Shown: in pieces, positions 56,926 to 64,000 of the stretch | How positions within the stretch are numbered: position 1 is the first letter of the stretch | Layout: every line of letters begins with the position of its first letter | NCBI RefSeq assembly: GCF_032191835.1 | Contig: NC_083237.1 | Location: forward strand, 22,568,001-22,632,000 | Direction of reading: 5' to 3' | Source: Heteronotia binoei | Lineage: Eukaryota | DNA length: 64,000 bases | Notes under the pieces: model-generated | What the model was told of the DNA's origin: nothing | What the model saw: only the letters and a program-made list of their open reading frames with translations | Databases searched by the model: none | Translations under genes and position numbers: made by a program

Positions 56926-58871
56926 TAATTACAACCACCAAACCGCTTCGGTAGACAGAAAGTATATAAAACACATAGAGTAAAGGAATATACACTCACA
57001 TCATTTACTATACTACGGTTGCTTCCTTTTTCTATGGACTCTGATCCCAGGCCTAACACCAACCTGATGTGTCAGTTTAACAAATAACTATGAGAGAGAT
57101 GTCTATCTGTGTGGCAGTTAGACATGTGCCTTGCTTCCCAAAGTGGACTAATGGTCACGCCAAACAGCCATGCCTAGGCAAGAAAGCTCTCCTTTTCCAT
57201 CTGTTTCTGCCCTGACGAGATGAAAAGCTTCAGCTGCCCATTGTCACATATTAATGCATCTTCTAGAAAGCACTGTGCTCAGTGTTTCCCTTGCCACCGG
57301 TGTGGTGCCCAACACTGTGCATTGTGAATGGTCAGTCCACACAGTGGGTTTCCTTTTGTATGTTTGTATCCAGGCTTTCTGTTTGCATGTTTCCTGCTTT
57401 CCTGTACACACTTTTCAGTTTTTGCTACTTTTTCAATGAGCATTGTTTTTGAAAGCCCACCCCCCTCAGTTTATGAGCTCATGTCCTCTAATGATTTCAT
57501 ATCAGCAAATGCCCTGTCATCCCACCTGTGAGGTTTTACCTTGCATTTTAACTTTCTCACAAAGAGATTCTACAGAAAACTTTGCTTGTATGTCCAAATA
57601 TGAATCTTGCTTGGAGAAACAAAACTCAGTAAACACGTGTGTTGAATGAAAGCATCTGTGCTATAAGTAATGGATGTGGAATCCTTGAATATTTTGTCTC
57701 AAATTTTGCTACTTGGAGACAGTCTCTTTTGAACAACCAATCCCCTTGGTTTTAATGCTCTTTTAAAGATCCTTCAGAATGGATTTCGACTGTCCTTCTG
57801 GTCATTCTCTTGTCCCTCCTTCCTTTTAACATCTCTGTGTATTGAGCAGGGATGGCTGTTTGTACAGGAAACTGCCTGAGTCCAAAGTGCTCCAGATCTA
57901 ATCCCACCCCTCACCCTGCAGCCTCCCACCCCTCAGGAATTCAGGAAGTTAGTTTTGTGCAACCAGTGGAACTAAAGCCAGAGTTGCAAAGGAGAGCTGA
58001 GCAGGGTGGGTCTTCAGGTAAGCAACCAGAGCTTCCTTTTTTCAGTTCCTTTTTCAATTTTTCACGGAATGGGGTATGTGTCATAAAATAAAAATCCAGA
58101 CGCACCAAAAAGACAGTCCTGTTTTGCCTCATTTTTATCTGCTCTGGGCTAACTACAATTGCAACTGCATTTTCTTCCGGGTTCTCGTTTTCTGCTGGTT
58201 TGGGGGAGGTTATCATGCTCTATCTGAGCCTGCCTTGGCGGCGGGGGGTGGGGGGGGGTGGGAGGCTGGGCGGGGATATAAATCAAATAAAGTATAAAGT
58301 ATATGCTGCATTTTAAAGTTGCTTGCATGATTTGACTTTCTCGCTTTGGAGAGGTGGAGGCCCATCTACACCTGATCTCCCATTAGCGGCTGCTGAAAGT
58401 CTGAATAAATTAAAAACAAACAAAAATAGATGTTTTTTCTTTTTTCTGTGGAGCTTACTTAATAAAGTCAGCCTGTACAGACAAAAGTGAATGTTGACCT
58501 TTATCCTGCTGAGCTGACCAGGGCTACAAAGTTGATTTGGTTTGGTTGGCTCACCCATCAGGAGCAGCTGACTCAGGAAAGGGGATTGGAGGGGTCCATA
58601 GGAAGGCACCCCCTCCTAGCACTTGGTGTGAAATCCCTCTTCCCCTTATGAAAAGAACTGAAGGCAGCTGTAGCCATGATCACACGTTACAGTGAACATA
58701 TGTACTTCCTGTATGTACACACATACCCCTGCTTTATTAAATAGGACATACCTGGATATTTGGGGGCAGGATTTGGGAAGGAAAGGGACTTCAGCAGGGT
58801 ACAATGCCATAGAGTCCATCCACAAATGCAGCCATTTTATCCAGAGGAGGTGATTTCTATTGCCTGGCAAT

Positions 58872-59388
58872 CAGGGTTGCCAATCCCCAGGTGGGGGCAG
58901 GGGATCCCCCGGTTTGAAGGCCCTCCTCCCCACTTCAGGGTCATCAAAAAGCGGGGGGGGGGGGAAATGTCTGTTGGGCACTCCATTCTTCCCTATGGAG
59001 ACTTATTTCCATAGGAAATAATGGAGAATTGATCCGTGCCTATCTGGGGGGGAGGCTGTTTTTTGAGGTAGAGGCACCCAATTTCCCGTATAGAATCCAG
59101 TGCCTCTCCCCAAAACACCCCCCAAGTTTCAAAAAGATTGGACTGGGGGGGTCCAATTCTGTGAGCCCCCAAAGAAGGTGCCCCTATCCATTATTTCCTA
59201 TGGAAGGAAGGCATTTAAAAAAGTGTGTGGTCCCTTGAAATGGGATGGCCAGAACTCCCTTTGGAGTTGAATTTTGCTTGTCACAGCCTTGCTCCACCCC
59301 CCCAATGTCTCCTGGTTCTACCCCCAAAGTCTCCTGACTCCACCCCCAAAGTCCCCAGATATTTCTTGAATTGGACTTGGCAACCCTA
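58872..59388. mobile_element. 517-bp hAT MITE nested in an older MITE
   Basis: TIRs CAGGGTTGCCAA and TTGGCAACCCTA; perfect 8-bp TSD CTGGCAAT. Confidence 0.88.
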
Positions 59389-59620
59389 CTGGCAATCCAT
59401 TGTAATAGTGGGAGATCTCCAGGCCTCACCTGGAGTTGGCGACTTTTTGTCTGTTCATAAGAAAGCCAGTGTGCTCTCACTTTACAAATGCAACTGGAGA
59501 TCAGTACTTGGGCAGATGTGGGGTTTAAATCATATATTCAGCTGTATGTGCATTGAATATAACACGGAAATTCCTGTGTGAACATATAAAGAAAAATCAA
59601 GTGCACACTCTACATGGATC

Positions 59621-59814
59621 CAGTGTTCCCTCTAAGCTGAGTTAGCGTGAGCTAGCTCACAGCTTTTTAGCCTCCAGCTCACAGATTTTTGCCTTAGCTC
59701 AGGAAGGATGACCCCAGAGCACACTAATTTATGCAGTAGCTCACTACTTTAATGCCAGCAGCTCACAAAATAGAATTTTTGCTCACAAGACTCTGCAGCT
59801 TAGAGGAAACATTG
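59621..59814. mobile_element. hAT MITE (CAGTGTTCCCTCTAAGCT family)
   Basis: TIRs; perfect TSD CATGGATC. Confidence 0.88.
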
Positions 59815-60855
59815 CATGGATCATATATGTGTTCACTGTCACCTGTGAAAGGGGCATTAGATGAAATCCAGAAGTAGCAGCAGCAGAAGTAACCTTTATT
59901 ATAACTAACTAAAAAAAAAAATCACAGAATAGTAAGCAAGTTTTTGAATTCACTCTGTGTGCAAAGTACCAGCAGTTCATAGCTGACCTATGGCAACCCC
60001 ATAAGTTTTTCAAGACAGGAGACGTACAGAGATGGTTTGCTGCTGCCTGCCTTTGCTTAGCACCCCTGGACTAAGCCTCCCATCCAAGTCCAACCAGGGT
60101 CAACCCTGCTTAGCGTCTGAGATCTGGTGAGATGAGACTAGCCTGGGCCATCCAGGTCACGGTTTTGAACTTTCTACTTCAGTGACTTTTCCATTGGTCC
60201 TAATAAGGTCACCAGTGGCACAATGGCTGTTTGTCCAGGAAACTGCCTGAGTCCAGATTTTCCCAAGTGGTGTCTCTGACTATGGGGATGATTGGCAATT
60301 TGTAACTATAAGCCAAATAAGGACCTAAACATAACCCCATAATTTTTCTTTATTTTCGTATTTATTTTCATCCCAGGGGATAGCTGGGAGATAAATGTAT
60401 AAATGTATTCAGCCCCAGATTCACTCCGTAGAAGCAGATGTTGTAGGGCAGTTGTCTTGAAGCCTTGGGTCAGGCCCTTCTGGTGAGTCCCAATTCCCTG
60501 TAGCTCTGCCATTCTTTTGCTACCTTTCAGAAGGACTTGATAACAGAGTGCTATGGTATATCCCTTGTTTCTCTTTGTACAATTGCTGAGAAAAGCAGTG
60601 GAACAGCGAGGTCCGTAGTCCTGGCTTTGACAATGGCTGGTCAAAATTCTGGCTCCCTCTCTTCCTGTCATGTGACTCTGTCATGTGCCTTCTGAATCAT
60701 GCTTGCAGTTCAGTGAGCCTCAGAACTGGAAACACTGAAAACCACTGCTGTTGAGCGTGTGATGGGAATCTTCATTACTTACTTCTATTTGGTCTTCCAC
60801 TGGCTTCTTAGAATGTTGTCTGGTATATTTTTGCCATTTCTCCTTCCCAGCTTCC

Positions 60856-61407
60856 ATGGCCTCACGTCCTGACCTTTCACACCTTCTCCCCGCTGCCCAG
60901 TTGCGCCAACTGGCCCGTGAGTGGCTGCAAGAAGATGCTCCTAGCTTTGACTATGGAGGCTACGCTGTGGGCGATCGACAGGAACGAGCCATGCTCCTTT
61001 GCAAGTCTCCAGGAATTCTGGCTGGCTTTCCTTTCTTCCAAGCTGTCTTTGCTGAGGTGGGCTGCTCCGTGGAGTGGTTCCAACCAGAGGGAGTATGGGT
61101 AGAACCGATTACCCGGGTGGCTGAAGTCCGTGGGCAAGCCAAAGACCTCTTACTTGGTGAGCGGGTGGCTCTGAACTGCATGGGACGGTGCAGCGGTATC
61201 GCCACGCTGGCAACAAAGGCATGTCGGGTAGCACAAGAAACTGGCTGGCATGGAGAAGTGGCTGGAACAAGAAAGACCACACCTGGATTCCGTCTCCCTG
61301 AGAAATATGCCCTCCTAGTGGGAGGAGCGTCCTGCCACCGTTATGATCTGGGAAGTCTCATCATGTTGAAGGATAACCACGTGTGGGCTTCTGGCAGCAT
61401 CACACAA
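60856..61407 (+). CDS. QPRT: Quinolinate phosphoribosyltransferase, first coding exon; the remainder lies beyond the window
   Basis: WLQEDAP, LLLGERVALN..RCSGIAT, AGTRKTTPGFR, HRYDL..MLKDNH. Acceptor tccttcccag at 60850 and donor CAA|GTGGGT at 61408. Confidence 0.93.
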
Positions 61408-61478
61408 GTGGGTGTTTCGTTGATGTCTCACTTTTCCTCCATAATTGTACAATGCATGTTGCAGTTGAAAGGCTGCTC

Positions 61479-62340
61479 CAGGGGTGTCAAACATGCAGCT
61501 GGTTTCTATATGGCCCCTGAGTAACATCTGCTTCCTTCTCCCATTCTCTTGCTTTCTTCTGAATCACAGCTTGCTTTGCCAGGCTTGCTCAATCACACAG
61601 GAGCTACAGAGCGAAGCCTCTATTTTCTCCATTTGCTGAGGCTCCTCTCTTGGGGGGGAGGGATAGCTTGCTTTGCCAGGCTCTCTCAATTGCACAGCAG
61701 AACTATTGAGCTAAGCCTCTCTTCCTTCTTTTGGCTGGGCCTCCTTCCCCTCCTGGTGCCCTGGGGAAGGAAGGAAAGAGGCAGAGTTTCCTTTGTCCAG
61801 TTCCCTGGATCCCATGGGAGAAATACAAAGAAAGCACCTTAATTGTAGGAATGAAGACTCTCGACACGTATATTGAGGAAGTGAGGAAAGCTTGCCTGCT
61901 CTCTGCAAGTCCTCGTTTTATTTATACATCTCTAGCTGATGCTAATCAGGCAGTTAATGAAACAGGAAGCTTTTGTTCAAAAGCATGAGGTTATATCTTC
62001 ATAGCCTCCAAGATTCGATACAGCCAGCAATTTATCAAGAATACATGTGTCAGCAAAAGGAAGCGAGAATATGAGAGTAAGATGTCTGTGCCCTTTTAGC
62101 CTTTCAGACACAATGTGGGCGGCTCAGGCTGATATGCCAAATGTGTGATCCACCCACATTTCTGTCTTCAGGCTTTGTGGGGTCTGGGGGCTCAAGCACG
62201 TGAGCCCCACACTTAATGAGTGTTAATGTTTTAAGCATGTTTTAGTTTAAGTTTTTTAAAAAATCTTTTAATTGTTTTTTTCTGTGTCTTTTATAAAATT
62301 TATATCTCTGCTACCTAATCTTAAATAGGTACACACATGG
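61479..62340 (+). mobile_element. hAT MITE, same family as 290-861, interrupted by an internal insert and by the CR1
   Basis: Starts CAGGGGTGTCAAAC; body matches 290-861; right TIR not seen. Confidence 0.7.
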
Positions 62341-62351
62341 CCCCTTCTACA

Positions 62352-64000
62352 CATGTGTTCTGGTCAAGAGAAAGAGATTGAGTTTCTTGATGCTCTCAAT
62401 GACTGTGCTATGGAGCAGATGGTCTCAGAATCTACCATGGGTGGGGCGATCCTGGATTTGGTCTTAAGTAATACCCAAGACTTGGTGAGAGATGTAAAAG
62501 TGATCGCACCGCTTGGGAGCAGTGACCATAATGTTATTGATTTCACCATTTGTATAAATAGAGAATTGCCCCAAAAGTCCAGCACGACCACATTTAACTT
62601 TAAAGGGGGTAAATTCCCTGATGAGGAGGCATGTGAAGAGGAAACTGAAGGGAAAGCTAAATACAGTCAAAACCCTTGGGGAAGCTTGGAGGCTATTTAA
62701 AACTACAATCCTAGAAGCTCAGATAAAATATATACCACAAGTTAGGAAAGGCACAAACAGGTATAAGAAAAGGCCTGCATGGGTAATAAACAACGTAATG
62801 GAAGCTGTAAAAGGTACGAAAGACTCCTTTAAGCGGTGGAAAGCTAGTCCAAGTGAGATTAATAAAAGGCAAATGACAAATCAAATGCAAGACTGTGATC
62901 AGGCAGGCAAAAAGGGAGTATGAGGAGCAAATTGCAAAAAACATAAAGACCAACAATAAAAATTTCTTCAAATATATTAGAAGCAGGAAACCAGCCAGGG
63001 AGGCAGTGGGGCCCTTGGATGACCAAGGGGTAAAAGGATTACTGAAGGAGGATAGGGAAATGGCTGAGAAGCTGAATGCATTTTTTGCCTCCGTCTTCAC
63101 TGTGGAAGACGAGAAGTGTTTGCCCGCTCCAGAACCACTAATTTTGGAAGGGGTGTTGAAAGACCTGAGTCAGATTGAGGTGACAAGAGAGGAAGTCCTA
63201 CAACTGATAGACGAATTAAAAACTAATAAGTCACCAGGTCTGGATGGCATACATCCAAGAGTTCTGAAAGAACTCAAAGTTGAACTTGTGGATCTTCTGA
63301 CAAAAATATGTAATCTTTCATTGATATCTGCCTCCGTTCCTGAGGACTGGAAGGTAGCAAATGTCACCCCCATCTTTAAAAAGGGTTCCAGAGGAGATCC
63401 GGGAAATTACAGGCCAGTCAGTCTGACTTCAATACCGGAAAAGTTGGTAGAAACCATTATCAAGGACAGAATGAGTAGGCACATTGATGAACACGAGTTA
63501 TTGAGGAAGACTCAGCATGGGTTCTGTAAGGGAAGATCTCGCCTCACTAACCTGTTACATTTCTTTGAGGAGGTGAACAAACATGTGGACAAAGGAGACC
63601 CGATAGATATTGTTTAACTTGACTTCCAGAAAGCTTTTGATAAAGTTCCTCATCAAAGGCTCCTTAGAAAGCTCAAAAGTCATGGAGTAAAAGGACAGGG
63701 CCTCTTGTGGATCAAAAACTGGCTAATTAATAGAAAGCAGAAAGTGAGTATAAATGGGCAGTCTTCGCAGTGGAGGACGGTAAGCAGTGGCGTGCCGCAG
63801 GGCTCAGTTCTGGGTCCCATGCTCTTTAACTTGTTCATAAATGATTTAGAGTTGGGAGTGAGCAGTGAAGTGGCCAAGTTTGCAGATGACACTAAATTGT
63901 TCAGGGTGATGAGAACCAGAGAGGATTGTGAGGCGCTCCAAAGGGATCTGTTGAGACTGGGTGAGTGGGCGTCAACATGGCAGATGAGGTTTAATGTGGC
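62352..64000 (+). mobile_element. Second CR1 LINE (5'-truncated, in a QPRT intron, runs off the right edge)
   Basis: About 95% similar to the 21695-23350 part of the first copy (offset about 40.65 kb); inserted into a hAT MITE. Confidence 0.95.

Noticed and set aside
1250-60160. 5S rRNA genes and tRNA genes
   Set aside because: All 5S-like and tRNA-like heads are degenerate and fused to SINE bodies.
60856-61524. 222-aa ORF as a complete QPRT
   Set aside because: Homology stops at the GT at 61408; the C-terminal barrel exons lie beyond the window.

Overview
Vertebrate genomic DNA, most likely from a squamate and probably a gecko (inferred from the SINE families present). Four spliced genes were reconstructed by hand from GT/AG boundaries and reading phase. 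(1) ITGAL (integrin alpha-L), minus strand, exons 1-9, running off the left edge, with a ~24.8-kb intron 1. (2) SEPTIN1, plus strand, complete, 11 coding exons, divergent from ITGAL. (3) DCTPP1, minus strand. (4) The first coding exon of QPRT, plus strand. ITGAL intron 1 holds an intact Ty3/Gypsy chromovirus (Tf1/sushi type) with two 593-bp LTRs that read identical and a 5-bp TSD, plus a degenerate CR1 LINE. A second CR1 at the right edge shares a 382-bp identical patch with the first. The rest is dense in tRNA-derived, Sauria and 5S-derived SINEs, hAT MITEs with 8-bp TSDs, and Penelope-like fragments. The top candidate novelty is at DCTPP1. The exon matching mammalian exon 1 has no in-frame ATG and starts at a phase-0 acceptor. 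The CpG-island exon upstream encodes an NLS-like motif and a transposase-type (BED/TTF-like) C2H2 zinc finger and ends at a phase-0 GT. This predicts a 248-aa zinc-finger-dCTPase fusion, which needs transcript confirmation. All gene and family names come from recalled homology; no database search was run.
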